Positions 1 through 13,649 are shown, numbered from the whole stretch's first letter. The stretch: 63,964 nucleotides of DNA, filler included, from Octopus bimaculoides (GCF_001194135.2; 7 parts of 6 records of this genome joined end to end with filler, not necessarily neighbours in it); one strand, 5' to 3'. The notes: a model not told the origin generated them from the letters alone. Made by a program: numbers and translations.

Positions 1-20
1 ATATATATATATATATATAT

Positions 21-380
21 AGGCACAGGTATGGTAGTGTGGTAAGAAAGAATCTTGCTTCCCAACCACATGGCTCCGAGTTCAGTCCTACTGCGTAGCA
101 CCTTAGGCAAGTGTCATGTACTATTACCTCACAAGTCCTTGTGAGTGGACGGAAACTGAAAGAAGCCTATCGTATATATGCATATTTATAGGTCTATGTG
201 TGTGTTTGTGTGTGTGTGTGTGTGTGTCATTTTATCTACGTTTGTCCCCCACCACCGCTTGACAACCGGTATTCGTGTTTACGTACACGTAACATAGCAG
301 TTTGGCCAAAGGCATCGATAGAATAAGAACTAAGCTTAAAAGATAAGTCCTAGCGTTGGTTCATTCGACTAAGACCCTTG
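21..380 (+). mobile_element. tRNA-derived SINE, family A (central microsatellite), diverged
   Basis: Head 'aggcacagg...gtgtggtaag...cttgcttcccaaccacatgg', body 'gcaccttaggcaag...gacggaaactgaaagaagcc', (TA)/(TG) tract, 3' half 'cttgacaaccg...gatagaataag'. Homologous to copies at 12226, 15132, 54178 and 59612. Confidence 0.85.
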
Positions 381-1295
381 CCTCTCTTCCTCACTTACCT
401 TCCTTGTACCTTTTTACTCTCTCTCTCTCTCTCTCTCTCTCCCTCTCATTCTGTGGTCCTTCTAATTTCTGTCCCCTACTCTCTTACTCCTTAGTCCTCT
501 GCCCTCTTCAAACCTCCCCTCCTCTATCACGTGATTGCGGTCCGGTTGATGGTACTGTCGTCCTTTGAGGTTGGTCGCGTCTGCCTTGTTCTGTTCTGTC
601 TGTCGCCCGGTCCGTTAAGATTTTTCCATTTCCATTTTCCTTGCGCTTGCTCACTGCACTCGTCAGATTGTCGAGTGACCTTGTTTGTTTTGTTCCATTT
701 TTGTTGTAACTGTATAATTCTTTTCTTTTTTTTTTAGTAGCGCAAAAAGGCGTTTATCTATTGTATATGCATACTTTTATTTCGTATGTTACGTTCGTCC
801 GAAAGTCGAAAGTCCCTTTCTAACGTTTATTTATTTGTTTATATATTTGTAGATTCGTTTGCCTTGCAGAAAAGCTTANNNNNNNNNNNNNNNNNNNNNN
901 NNNNNNNNNNNNNNNNNNNNNNNNNNNNNNNNNNNNNNNNNNNNNNNNNNNNNNNNNNNNNNNNNNNNNNNNNNNNNNNNNNNNNNNNNNNNNNNNNNNN
1001 NNNNNNNNNNNNNNNNNNNNNNNNNNNNNNNNNNNNNNNNNNNNNNNNNNNNNNNNNNNNNNNNTATATATATATATATATATATTTGTGATGTACATAC
1101 GTACGTGTATACATACATGCATGCATACATACATACATACATACATACATACATACATACATACATACATGCATACATACATACATACATACATGCATAC
1201 ATGTATGCATGTGTGCGCATATGTATTTACGTGTGTGACTTTACGTTCGTATTTTTTCTCTCCAGAATTCCTTCGCAATCGGTGTTGACTTGTTT

Positions 1296-1440
1296 GTGCC
1301 CACATTTCCAGTGGTTCGGCAAATTAGACCGGGAAAATATGTATGAGACTGAAGTCGATTGGATTGACTAAACCTTTCAAGGTAGTGCCTTACAATGGCC
1401 GCGGTTCAATGACTGAAACAAGTAAAAGATATAAAAAGAC
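1296..1440 (+). mobile_element. SINE family A, 3' fragment
   Basis: 'gtggttcggcaaa...atggccgcggttcaatgactgaaacaagtaaaaga' matches the family A tail. Confidence 0.7.
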
Positions 1441-2098
1441 TAAAAATGTACTCTTCCTTTCTATGAAACGGAATAAGTACACCTGCAATTCTTGCGATAA
1501 AGGGTCTTAATCTGTACTTGTTTTAGGCTAAACAATTTAGGTAAATATAAAATTTTGGAAGAAAGTATTGTGCGCAAATCTAACTTATATTACACCAAAT
1601 ACTTGTACAGTATGAAATAAATGATTTCAAATTACTGACACGTAACTTTAGATTGTCCTTGTTGAATTCATAGCTGATAACGCAATCTGATTCCTTTTGA
1701 CAGATATTTTAGTTGTATTTTTAAACATTTGGGAACGCAAATATAACAATCAAGTTTCTCTCAAAGCAAGGGAATGAAGATATGTTAAGATCTTTATAAG
1801 TTAACGCATCTGGCTGCGTCACATTGTTACTATTCAAATTTCAAAGCAAAAGAAATAAATGATTGGCTAAGATGTCGGGTCGTTTTTTTTGTTTTGTTTT
1901 TGTTTTTTGTATGGACGACGTGTAGATAGTAAGAAAACACACAGTAGCATATATATACACATACATACATGTATAGTGTGTGTGTGAGTATGTACGTATG
2001 TCTGTGCATTTATGTATGTGTGCGTGTGTGACATACGTATCATGTGTGCGTGTGTGTGTATATATTTATATCCGTATATATAAATCTATCTATCTATC

Positions 2099-2152
<54 letters not shown>

Positions 2153-2492
2153 AAACATATAATATATGTATGTATATATGCATATATATATGTATTTATA
2201 TATATATATATATATGTAAGTATATATGTGTGTGAGTGTCTTTGTGTGAACGATTCTTTCTATTTATTCACGTACAAACACATACACGCACACATATATA
2301 ACTTCACTTCATATATATACACATAAGCTCATACACATTATTTACACGTGCGCATGGATGTGTATGTATGCTGTATGTAAGAGCGGGAAGAAAAAGTATA
2401 CGTATCTAGATGTCTGAATTTAGACGCGCATGCGCAAATATATATACATAAGTCTATCTATCTATCTATCTATCTCTCTCTCTCTCTCTCTC

Positions 2493-2550
<58 letters not shown>

Positions 2551-3127
2551 CATATACGCACATGTGTGTGTATGTACGCAAAGTGAGATGATGAATACAC
2601 AGGCAAATACAAATGGCAAATAGCATGTGAGAAATTAAAAGCCAATCAAAAGAAAGACAACAAAAACACGAAAATTAGAAAATTGTTTAAAAGTAAGGAA
2701 GAATATACACAACTTCACACACGCACACACACACACACTCATACATACAAACATATGCGTGTATGTTATATATTTGAATATGTGTGTATGGCCGCGCGTG
2801 CGTGTGTTTGTGTGCCTGTGTGATTATTTGTAATGCTGTTGCTGTTTGGTTCGTTTGAGAGAAGCCAACGGAATGTTTTGTGTATATTGGGTGTACTATC
2901 AACTTTGAGACTTGGGTGGTTTGCCATCAAATAATCGCTTCATTCCTTTTTACATCCAGTGACGGTTGTTTTGGGTCTCTTAAAAGTTTCACAACATTCC
3001 TAACTGGATAGTTAGTTTGCTAGATAGAGTGGAAGCTGTACATGTGTCTTTGGATGCGTGTATGTATGTATGTATGTATGTATGTATGTATGTATGTATG
3101 TATGTATGTATGTATGTATGTGTGTAT

Positions 3128-3337
3128 TATTTCTTTACTACCCACAAGGGGCTAAACACAGAGGGGACAAACAAGGACAGACAAACGGATTAAGTCAATT
3201 ATATCGACCCCAGTGAGTAACTGGTACTTATTTAATCGACCCCGAAAGGATGAAAGGCAAAGTCGACCTCGGCGGAATTTGAACTCAGGACGTAGCGTCA
3301 AGCGAAATACCACTAAGCATTTCGCCCGGCGTGCTAA
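3128..3337 (-). mobile_element. SINE family B
   Basis: Reverse complement of 'ttagcacgccgggcgaaatgcttag...gagttcaaattccgccgaggtcgactttgcctttcatcctttcggggtcgattaaataagtaccag', shared with about 12 copies in the window. Confidence 0.85.
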
Positions 3338-4240
3338 TGTATGTATGTATGTATGTATGTATGAATGTATGTATGAATGCATGCTTCTATGTATGCATGC
3401 ATCTATGTATGCGTTTATGCATGCATGCTTCTATGTATGTATGCATGTATGTATGCATGTATGTATGTGTATATGTATGTGTATATATATATATGTATTA
3501 TGAATGTATGTATGCATGTGTGTATGTATGTATACATGCATGCATGTATGTATACATGTATGTATGAATGTATGTACGTAAGTATGTATGTATGTATGTA
3601 TGTATCCTGTGTGTGTATGTATGTATCTATGTATGTATGCACGTATGTATGTATGCATGTACGTACGTATCTATGTATGTATGTATGTATGTATGTATGT
3701 ATGTATGCATGTCTGTATATATGTATGTATGTATGTATGTATACGTATGCATGCTTGTATGTGTGTGCACCTATATATGCATATATGTATGTATGTACGA
3801 TTGTATGTTTGTATGTATGCATGCATGTATGCGCATTTGTATTTATGAATACAAAATGCGTGTATGTATGTCTATATATGAATGCATGCATGCATATATG
3901 TATGTTTGTATACGTGAATGTATGTGTGGCTTTGTCTGTTTGTATACGGGTGTGTATGCATGTCTTTCAGTGTAGATGATTAGTTGTGTGCATGTGTGTT
4001 TATGTGAGCGTCCCTGTGCATATGCATGTGTATGGGTCTATGTATTTATGGTTGGATAGATATGTAAATGCCATCATTGTACTTGCACTAAAACTTAATT
4101 ACTTCAGATTTTTAAATAATTATTGACATACGCGTTTTTAGTCGCTCATTATATCTACACACCTACATACATACATACATACATACAGTCATTGAATTTG
4201 AACTCAGACGAAATGCCACTAAACAATTTGACCGACCTGC

Positions 4241-4268
<28 letters not shown>

Positions 4269-4271
<3 letters not shown>

Positions 4272-4404
4272 GCACACATTCTACGCAAGACACTTTCAAT
4301 ACAGTAAACATAAGAGCACCACAGCAAACCACAGCACATACCCAAGGCGCACAGAGCTGCGCTTGGTAGTGAAGTGAAAGCACGTTATAAAAATAAAACT
4401 ACTG
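4269..4404 (+). mobile_element. R4/Dong-like RLE LINE, extreme 3' end
   Basis: Encodes TAHILRKTLSIQ* plus the 3' UTR seen at 18917-19259; (AAT)n on both sides. Confidence 0.85.
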
Positions 4405-6547
4405 AACAATAATAATAACAATAACAAAAAAAAAAAATATCCTTTCTACTACAGGCACAGGGCCTGAACTTTTGTTGAAGTCGAATACGCGACTGCAGTG
4501 CAAGACTGAACGTTATTTTATTCTTTCGAGTTTGTTTATATTAGTATCATTTGAGCATGGGTGTCGACTTAATAAACTTCTCCCTCATTTCAAAATTGCT
4601 GGACTTGTGCCAAAAATTAAGATAGAAAGAAATGATATAATATANNNNNNNNNNNNNNNNNNNNNNNNNNNNNNNNNNNNNNNNNNNNNNNNNNNNNNNN
4701 NNNNNNNNNNNNNNNNNNNNNNNNNNNNNNNNNNNNNNNNNNNNNNNNNNNNNNNNNNNNNNNNNNNNNNNNNNNNNNNNNNNNNNNNNNNNNNNNNNNN
4801 NNNNNNNNNNNNNNNNNNNNNNNNNNNNNNNNNNNNNNNNNNNNNNNNNNNNNNNNNNNNNNNNNNNNNNNNNNNNNNNNNNNNNNNNNNNNNNNNNNNN
4901 NNNNNNNNNNNNNNNNNNNNNNNNNNNNNNNNNNNNNNNNNNNNNNNNNNNNNNNNNNNNNNNNNNNNNNNNNNNNNNNNNNNNNNNNNNNNNNNNNNNN
5001 NNNNNNNNNNNNNNNNNNNNNNNNNNNNNNNNNNNNNNNNNNNNNNNNNNNNNNNNNNNNNNNNNNNNNNNNNNNNNNNNNNNNNNNNNNNNNNNNNNNN
5101 NNNNNNNNNNNNNNNNNNNNNNNNNNNNNNNNNNNNNNNNNNNNNNNNNNNNNNNNNNNNNNNNNNNNNNNNNNNNNNNNNNNNNNNNNNNNNNNNNNNN
5201 NNNNNNNNNNNNNNNNNNNNNNNNNNNNNNNNNNNNNNNNNNNNNNNNNNNNNNNNNNNNNNNNNNNNNNNNNNNNNNNNNNNTATATATATGCATATAT
5301 ATATAATTTCTATATTCTTTCTGATATTTATCGTTCTTGTGCGTGTCTTCTGTTTTCTCTCCACTTTTCTCTATCTTTCCTCCTCTATTTCCCTCCCCCT
5401 CTTCCCCTTTTCTGTTTTCTTTCATTTTTTTTTTCTCTGTAATTGTTAGAATTATCGGAATTCACCTTTTTAGTGTGAACCAAGACCTACCATAGCATAT
5501 ACCTTAGCGACGTCATGTTGGAATAAGAATAAAAGTGACATACATTCCAATGTTTGCTAAACATTGTCTCAAGCATCATATGTACGTATGTATGTACGTG
5601 CATGCGTATTTGGCGTAGACATGTATGTTTGTATGCGTGTGCTTACGTATGCGTACGTGATGTTGTTGCGTATGTTTGCTTATATGTATATGACTGTATA
5701 TACGAAAGAACACTTCAGACGTATTGCCTGTCTATATGCGTGTGTATAAGTTTGTGATACGATACATGTCTGTCTATGTATACGAATGTATATGTAATGT
5801 GTATATTGGCCGACGTGCTTGTGTATGAAACTGTAATATAACTTCAATATGTGTGTTTGTCTATATGTATGAGAATGTTATTGTTGCTTTTTAGCCTTAT
5901 GTCAACACAGATGGGGGAGACATGTGATCAAAGGCATTCCACCCGTGGCCATTTCATCGTTTTGTTCTTTGTTTGGTAATCCTGCTCATTCAGTGAGTGC
6001 AATTTGTGGGAGACTTAGTTACTATTTCAAGCCGATTTCACTCGAGGATATAGGCTCCCTCGTTAGTTTGTGTACAGATATGCATGTATATGTGTTCGTG
6101 TATGTGTTTATATGTGCTGTGTGTATGTATTTGTGTGTGTGTGCGTGCAAAAATCACCGCCAATGTGCGTAATGTTTATATATATGAGTACGTGTTCATA
6201 AGCATATGTATGCATATAATTGCGGATGTGGAAACTATACACGTTTGTCTACACATGTACTTTCACATATAGATCCGTTCATGAGGGCGCGTGTGTGTTT
6301 ACAAATATGCGCGCTTTGTTTCTATGTATTGTATTAATTTGTTTTGTTTTTCATTATTTATGTTCTGGTTTGTGAGGGTTGATTTATTTTCTGTTTTGTT
6401 CTTTGTATGGTCTTATTTCATTTATTTGCCATGCATGTCTCTTCTTTCTTCCTTTCTCTTTTACAGTAGGACATTTTGGCGGGGGCGTTGGTATTGGAAA
6501 ATTAGGATTCTTTAGTTTGCTATTGTTGCTGTTGATGCTGCTGCTGC

Positions 6548-6590
<43 letters not shown>

Positions 6591-7309
6591 CTTCTTCTTC
6601 TTCTTCTTCTTCTTCTNNNNNNNNNNNNNNNNNNNNNNNNNNNNNNNNNNNNNNNNNNNNNNNNNNNNNNNNNNNNNNNNNNNNNNNNNNNNNNNNNNNN
6701 NNNNNNNNNNNNNNNNNNNNNNNNNNNNNNNNNNNNNNNNNNNNNNNNNNNNNNNNNNNNNNNNNNNNNNNNNNNNNNNNNNNNNNNNNNNNNNNNNNNN
6801 NNNNNNNNNNNNNNNNNNNNNNNNNNNNNNNNNNNNNNNNNNNNNNNNNNNNNNNNNNNNNNNNNNNNNNNNNNNNNNNNNNNNNNNNNNNNNNNNNNNN
6901 NNNNNNNNNNNNNNNNNNNNNNNNNNNNNNNNNNNNNNNNNNNNNNNNNNNNNNNNNNNNNNNNNNNNNNNNNNNNNNNNNNNNNNNNNNNNNNNNNNNN
7001 NNNNNNNNNNNNNNNNNNNNNNNNNNNNNNNNNNNNNNNNNNNNNNNNNNNNNNNNNNNNNNNNNNNNNNNNNNNNNNNNNNNNNNNNNNNNNNNNNNNN
7101 NNNNNNNNNNNNNNNNNNNNNNNNNNNNNNNNNNNNNNNNNNNNNNNNNNNNNNNNNNNNNNNNNNNNNNNNNNNNNNNNNNNNNNNNNNNNNNNNNNNN
7201 NNNNNNNNNNNCATACATACACATATACATTCACATATAGATATATATGTATATATATCTATATATGAGTATATATGTATGTGTGCATATATTTATGTAT
7301 TTGTGTATA

Positions 7310-7352
<43 letters not shown>

Positions 7353-8043
7353 GAAAGTTCTCTCTCTCTCTCATACACACGCACACGTACACACACACAT
7401 ACACACACACATCACGGATACATATATTATTTCGGTTAAACATAGTGAGTGATGTTGTTTTGTCAACAAGAAAGAAGAAGAAGCGGAAGAAGAGGAATGG
7501 TGGAGAAAAAAATCATAGACTAGACGAAATAATAAATTAGAACCATGAGAATATCTTAAATGTTTCTTGAATATCTGTTACTCACGACACATCAGAGCGA
7601 AATTCTGCCATGTGATAATTATGGGAACAACAAAGGTGACAGATGTAGAACAAGATGAGAAAAGTTTCCAAGCACTTACATCGGCAGTCCGGTTTCAAGT
7701 TTATTTTCCGCCATATAATTTTAATTACAATACTTGTGTTGTTACACTTATTGTTATTGTTGTCATCGTCATTGTTGTTGTTGTTGTTGTTATCGTTGTT
7801 TAGCTTCAAAACGTGTCTAACTGATCGGTCTTAAAAACAAGAGCATTTCAAAATTGACGATGCCACATCTAATCATTTTTCAAGTTCATTATACTTCTGA
7901 CTTAATTGTTCATTGTATTTAATTTCCAGACGGTATGGCACTACTGTTGTCCTTATATATATATGGGAGAATATACAAATAATAACAACAGGTGGTGTAA
8001 TAACAAAAGGATATATTAGTATGACGCTCGGGAATACGGAAAG

Positions 8044-8080
8044 TCTTTGACGTTTCGAGCTACGCTCTTCAACAGAAAGA
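8044..8080 (-). ncRNA. Minimal type-I hammerhead ribozyme motif (A6U variant) in a PLE-like repeat
   Basis: Minus strand: tcttt-CTGTTGA-a-gagc(gta)gctc-GAAA-CGTC-aaaga. 5-bp stem I, 4-bp stem II, ACGU palindrome, GUC site. Confidence 0.7.
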
Positions 8081-8108
8081 ATACGGAGACAAGGAGAAAA
8101 ACACGGAG

Positions 8109-8143
<35 letters not shown>

Positions 8144-8874
8144 TTAGGGAAAATAACCAATTTTCATGAACTCATCGATGAAAATCCACTATCACATATA
8201 GAAAAATTAATAATTAAAAGCACAATAAATGAGTATAATATAAGTATGTATATTTTCCCTAAAACTATATATTTTATATATACTTTATCTATAAGGCTCA
8301 ATTTAATTTTAATTTTTTATAAATTGATTTTAATTGAGTTTTTTACCTGTAATTTTGGATTTTGTCCCTAATATTATTATTATNNNNNNNNNNNNNNNNN
8401 NNNNNNNNNNNNNNNNNNNNNNNNNNNNNNNNNNNNNNNNNNNNNNNNNNNNNNNNNNNNNNNNNNNNNNNNNNNNNNNNNNNNNNNNNNNNNNNNNNNN
8501 NNNNNNNNNNNNNNNNNNNNNNNNNNNNNNNNNNNNNNNNNNNNNNNNNNNNNNNNNNNNNNNNNNNNNNNNNNNNNNNNNNNNNNNNNNNNNNNNNNNN
8601 NNNNNNNNNNNNNNNNNNNNNNNNNNNNNNNNNNNNNNNNNNNNNNNNNNNNNNNNNNNNNNNNNNNNNNNNNNNNNNNNNNNNNNNNNNNNNNNNNNNN
8701 NNNNNNNNNNNNNNNNNNNNNNNNNNNNNNNNNNNNNNNNNNNNNNNNNNNNNNNNNNNNNNNNNNNNNNNNNNNNNNNNNNNNNNNNNNNNNNNNNNNN
8801 NNNNNNNNNNNNNNNNNNNNNNNNNNNNNNNNNNNNNNNNNNNNNNNNNNNNNNNNNNNNNNNNNNNNNNNNNN

Positions 8875-8914
<40 letters not shown>

Positions 8915-9211
8915 GTTCTGTTACAAAAGCTAAACCATGTATTTCAGCCAAATCTGAACCAATTCACTTGAAAACTTGCGCACTAGTTTTTTAACATTTT
9001 CAGCACTTGACAGCTTGATGTAGCCCAACTACGGCAGATTGTTCATGTTCCATTCTAATTTTGGACAAAGCTATATCTTAGCTTAAAGATAAGTTTAGAA
9101 CTTGAGAGAAGACAAAAATATCTTCAAAACGATTTAAAATAATAAAATTGTCACTTTTTTATGTTAAGCTAAGAACTTCAAAAAATGTAACAGAACTTTT
9201 GGGTTACCCTG
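8915..9211. mobile_element. Tc1/mariner-type MITE remnant
   Basis: Right end 'tgtaacagaacttttgggttaccctg-TA'; the left retains the inverted 'gttctgttaca'. Confidence 0.45.
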
Positions 9212-9224
9212 TATATATAATGTG

Positions 9225-9345
9225 AGGACTCTTGACCAAGCGAGTAGGTGTTGCACTCATGATCGCGGGATCGTGGTTTCAATTCCTAGACCGAGTGGTG
9301 CGTTGTGTCGTTGAGCAAAAGACCTCATCTCACGTTGTTGCAGCC
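9225..9345 (+). mobile_element. SINE family D, 5' fragment
   Basis: 'cactcatgatcgcgggatcgtggtttcaattcctagacc...cgttgtgtcgttgagcaaaa' matches 51772-52020. Confidence 0.6.
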
Positions 9346-9791
9346 CATTTTTTACACCAAGACAAAACGTGTACAAAATAACGCTTATAATCGGTCAAGA
9401 TCAAAAGCTTTGGGAGCTACTGACTGGTAATCTCTATTCTTTCTTTTTTTATTCTTTTATGCGTTTCATCCCAAAAGATTGCTATATCATCACCTTTTCA
9501 ATGGCCATTCTCATGTGGTTGGCTTTGTTGAAGGAGGGCATTTGACATTGCTGCTCTACTTTAAGTTTCTTGCCGTGGTGTAGGTTCATCCGGGATTTTG
9601 GACAGCTTCTTGAAAACATCTAGATCTCCCAAGATTTTTGGGAAGATGTTTAATAGCTATGGGCCTTTGAGTCCCAAGTTGTTGCAGTATCTGGTCCTTA
9701 CTCTTTCTCTTTACCTCTTTCTCTCCTTATCTCTCCCTCTCCTTATCTCTCTCTCTATCTCTCTGTTTATATACATATGTATGTGTGTATT

Positions 9792-9824
<33 letters not shown>

Positions 9825-10343
9825 TTCTTTATGTATTGATTCATATATGTGTATTTATGTTTGCTTCAGTATATGGATATATGTGTGTATGTCACGAAAT
9901 GTTTTGTCCTTTGTTAAAGAAATGTTTATAGTAAACAAATATAAGGAAACGTAACACAAACTATGTAAAGCAAAACGTAATATAATCAACACAATCTGTT
10001 TTAACTATTTGGTGCCATCAGAGCTAGATTAAAAACATGCACCCCACCTATATTCACATTCTCTCTCTTTTATTTTCTTTCTTTTTCATATCCGTTTCTT
10101 TCCCAATTATCTATATCTGTCTGTCTGTCTGAATGTACATCTCTATTGTATGTATGTATGTATGTATGTATGTATGTATGTATGTATGTATGTATGTAGG
10201 TATATAGGTATGTATGTATGTATGTATGTATGTATGTATGTATGTATGTATGTATGTAGGTATGTATGTATGTATGTATGAATGAATATATGTATGCGTN
10301 NNNNNNNNNNNNNNNNNNNNNNNNNNNNNNNNNNNNNNNNNNN

Positions 10344-10355
10344 TTAATTAATTAA
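10344..10355. other. Artificial scaffold-join linker
   Basis: TTAATTAATTAA centred in N44/N44; the same motif recurs at 18861, 48761, 52656, 60887 and 62871. Confidence 0.9.
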
Positions 10356-11040
10356 NNNNNNNNNNNNNNNNNNNNNNNNNNNNNNNNNNNNNNNNNNNNG
10401 TATGTATGTATGCATGTATGTATGTATGTATGTATGTGTGTGTGTGTATGTATGTATGTATGCATGTATGTATGTATGTATGTATGTATGTATGTATGTA
10501 TGCATGTATGTATGTATGTATGTATGTATGTATGTATGCATGTATGTATGTATGTATGTATGTATGTTTGTATGTATGTTTGTATGTATGTATGTATGTA
10601 TGTATGCATGTATGTATGTATGTATGTATGTATGTATGTGTGTGTGTGTATGTATGTATGTATGTATGTATGTATGTATGTATGTGTGTGTGTGTATGTA
10701 TGCATGTATGTATGTATGTATGTATGTATGTGTGTATGTATGTATGTATGTATGTATGTATGTATGTATGTAGGTGTCTATGATAGATCAGTTGAGTTTT
10801 TCCAACATAATTAGAATTAGGCCAAAACAAACTGTTGATTGGAAACCATTAAATATCTTTTGTATAGAAATGAATTGGAAGATAAAAAGGTGGTGGCGAC
10901 GTCGGCGATAACATCCACAGAGGGAGAAAGAAAGAGTTTGGAAGTAAATGGGTGGCAGAAAGAGAGAGATATGTTATTTATACCGTGACTAATTATTTGA
11001 GATTGTTAATTCTATATAAACTGGTTAACGTACACACAAT

Positions 11041-13135
11041 ATGGACAAGTATCATGATTGGACTGTTTGTTGTTTACACGTCAAAAATCCTTATATCAGA
11101 AATCTAAATATAAGATTGAATGGAAATGCCAATAACAAAGTTCTCATTGCTGAAGTATGTTATCTGCCAAATGAACAGTTGGAGATGTCTGACATTAACA
11201 ATGATTGCTTGTAATGCGTTTCTAATGAAGGAGAAATTGTTTCTAAATTACCCCTACCGTTAACAGCTACAGATATATGTCGATGGGATTGTGATCAAAT
11301 AGGTGTCACGTTACCCTTAGAGAAACAACTACGGGTTATTGGCTAGGTATCAACGAGAGTTGGAACTATATCATTAATCCATCCTTATGTTCGGATGCGA
11401 AAGCTGGGTAAAGATGATATTATTTGTGATTGTGACAGATCATCTCATCATTTAGATGTTATTTCAGTTAAAAATTATAATCAAGTTGAAATAATATGGA
11501 CACTTAACATTCCTTTTGTAGTAAAGTCCTTACCAATAGAAAATGGAACACCAAATCTGCTGATTGTTACCAAAAAAGAAAGTATTTAAGTACTCAACAT
11601 ATTTTCCTTTACATTATCGTAATATTAATATGAAATCTAGTGTTTTACTGCCTAAAATCAAACCATCACTCAATCTCTACGGTGGCTGCATTGATAAAAT
11701 ATTTGATTTCGTAGACGTATTTTCCAGAAACATCAGTGTCAGTGAAATGTTGTCTTCTACATTGTATCTGCAGGACCATACAGTTTCTGACAAAGCTCGA
11801 TATATTGATGTTGTCTATTCATATTTTGGAGACAAATTACCAGTGGAATTTAATTGTTTGGCTATTACTGACAATAACCTGATTGCAGGATACGACAGGC
11901 TTAATAAAAACATTAAGATATTCACAGTTTATGGTCATATGCTATACTGCATCAAACTAACTGCTCTTGATATCTATATGTGTTGATGGCAGTCAAACAC
12001 ACTGCTATTGCAACTAAAGGTGCTAAATACCAACTACTGACATTCAAAATGCAATTTCCATTAACGTTGATAACTTACCAAAAATATTTATATATCACTT
12101 CTTTGTCAGATGATCTCCTGCTGTGTAGTACATATAGCGACAAAAGTATGCTGCATGTCGTTGGTCCTGATGAAATAGATTCGAGTGTGAATGTAATAAA
12201 ACGAATAGACTTACACGACACATTTACTCTTTTACTCTTTTATTTGTTTCAGTCATTTGACTGCGGCCATGCTGGAGCAAATCGACCCCAGGACTTATTC
12301 TTTGGAAGCCTAGTACTTATTCTATCGGTCTCTTTTGCCGAACCGCTAGGTTACGGGGACATAAACACACCAGCATCGGTTGTCAAGCGATGTTGGGGAG
12401 ACAAACACAGACACACACACACATACACACACACATATATATATATATATACATATATACGACGGGCTTCTTTCAGTTTCCGTCTACCAAATCCACTCAC
12501 AAGGCTTTGGTCGGCCCGAGGCTATAGTAGAAGACACTTGCCAAAGGTGCCACGCAGTGGGACTGAACCCAGAACCATGTTGTTGGTAAGCAAGCTACTT
12601 ACCACACAGCCGCTCCCGCGCCTAATTTGTTAATTATGGTTGGGATTATATATGTGCTTTAGCAGTTACTGCTAATGATGATATCGTTGTCGACTATACA
12701 AGATTCATGATTTTCTTCAACCGTAATAGTCAGTACTTACATTCACTTAGACACTATATGTTGAGTTCAATGATTTATAACATCTTAACAGCTGATGACT
12801 GTTATTTGTACATTGAAGGTCGGTGGCAAAAATATGGAAACTGCAGGGCATATGATAAAACTGTGCTTTTGACACAGACGGGTGAATATAACAGAATATT
12901 TTAAAATAAAAAGTTTGTAAAGATGAAGTACGTTTCTCCTGCATAAACTGCAAAGTACCAAGGTTTGTTGGAAAATACTGCTCCCATAGTAAATTGTATG
13001 TCGAAGGCTTGTTTAACATTAATTGGGAAAGATTCACCATTTGTCGTTTACGAACAGACAACTGTCCTGTTCAAGTAAAAGATATCGATATCTTTGACAA
13101 TGGAATATTCAGGAAAGTTCGAAACTACGTGGTAA
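11041..13135 (+). pseudogene. Decayed NHL-like/six-bladed beta-propeller coding region (mollusc TRIM/B-box-associated type)
   Basis: Frame from 11041 reads VLIAEVCYLPNEQLEMSDINNDCL*CVSNEGEIVSKLPLPLTATDICRWDCDQIGVTLPLEKQLRVIG*. Later blades read FNCLAITDNNLIAGYDRLNKNIKIFTVYG and ICALAVTANDDIVVDYTRFMIFFNRNSQYLHSL. Stops at 11212 and 11344; frameshifts near 11580, 11975 and 12905; SINE insertion at 12226-12628. Confidence 0.7.
12226..12624 (-). mobile_element. SINE family A, full length, inserted in the beta-propeller pseudogene
   Basis: Complete head-to-tail copy; putative 4-bp target duplication ATTT at 12222-12225 and 12625-12628. Confidence 0.9.
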
Positions 13136-13521
13136 GAATGTATCTGTTTACTTCATTGTGCGAGTTTATCTCACGAGGGAAAGTTTTTACTAGCTCGCTC
13201 TGTCGCTTTCGTAATTTCATGAGATTAGTTGTTCGTGTGGCTATTCGAGCCGTTCTTTGGCTCTCATTTCTAGCAGACCGATGTCTTTACACTCTTTTCA
13301 TATATATATATATATATATANNNNNNNNNNNNNNNNNNNNNNNNNNNNNNNNNNNNNNNNNNNNNNNNNNNNNNNNNNNNNNNNNNNNNNNNNNNNNNNN
13401 NNNNNNNNNNNNNNNNNNNNNNNNNNNNNNNNNNNNNNNNNNNNNNNNNNNNNNNNNNNNNNNNNNNNNNNNNNNNNNNNNNNNNNNNNNNNNNNNNNNN
13501 NNNNNNNNNNNNNNNNNNNNN

Positions 13522-13640
13522 TCAGTTGAATACACGTTATTGATTGGATGAAATTACCGAAATACGACAACTTTAGCACGAAATCACTTCGTAAATAGAA
13601 ACTTTTCTCAACACTTTTCTTACCACTAAGAGTAAAAAAT
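13522..13640 (-). repeat. Fragment of the DNA-transposon-like repeat also at 23450-23828
   Basis: 'tcagttgaatacacgttattgattggatgaaattaccgaaatacgacaactttagcacg' is the reverse complement of about 23595-23650. Confidence 0.6.
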
Positions 13641-13649
13641 GTTTTATAT

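Noticed and set aside
11212-11346. Idea that cephalopod A-to-I editing rescues the TAA/TAG stops in the propeller ORF
   Set aside because: Editing cannot repair the frameshifts or the 403-bp SINE insertion.
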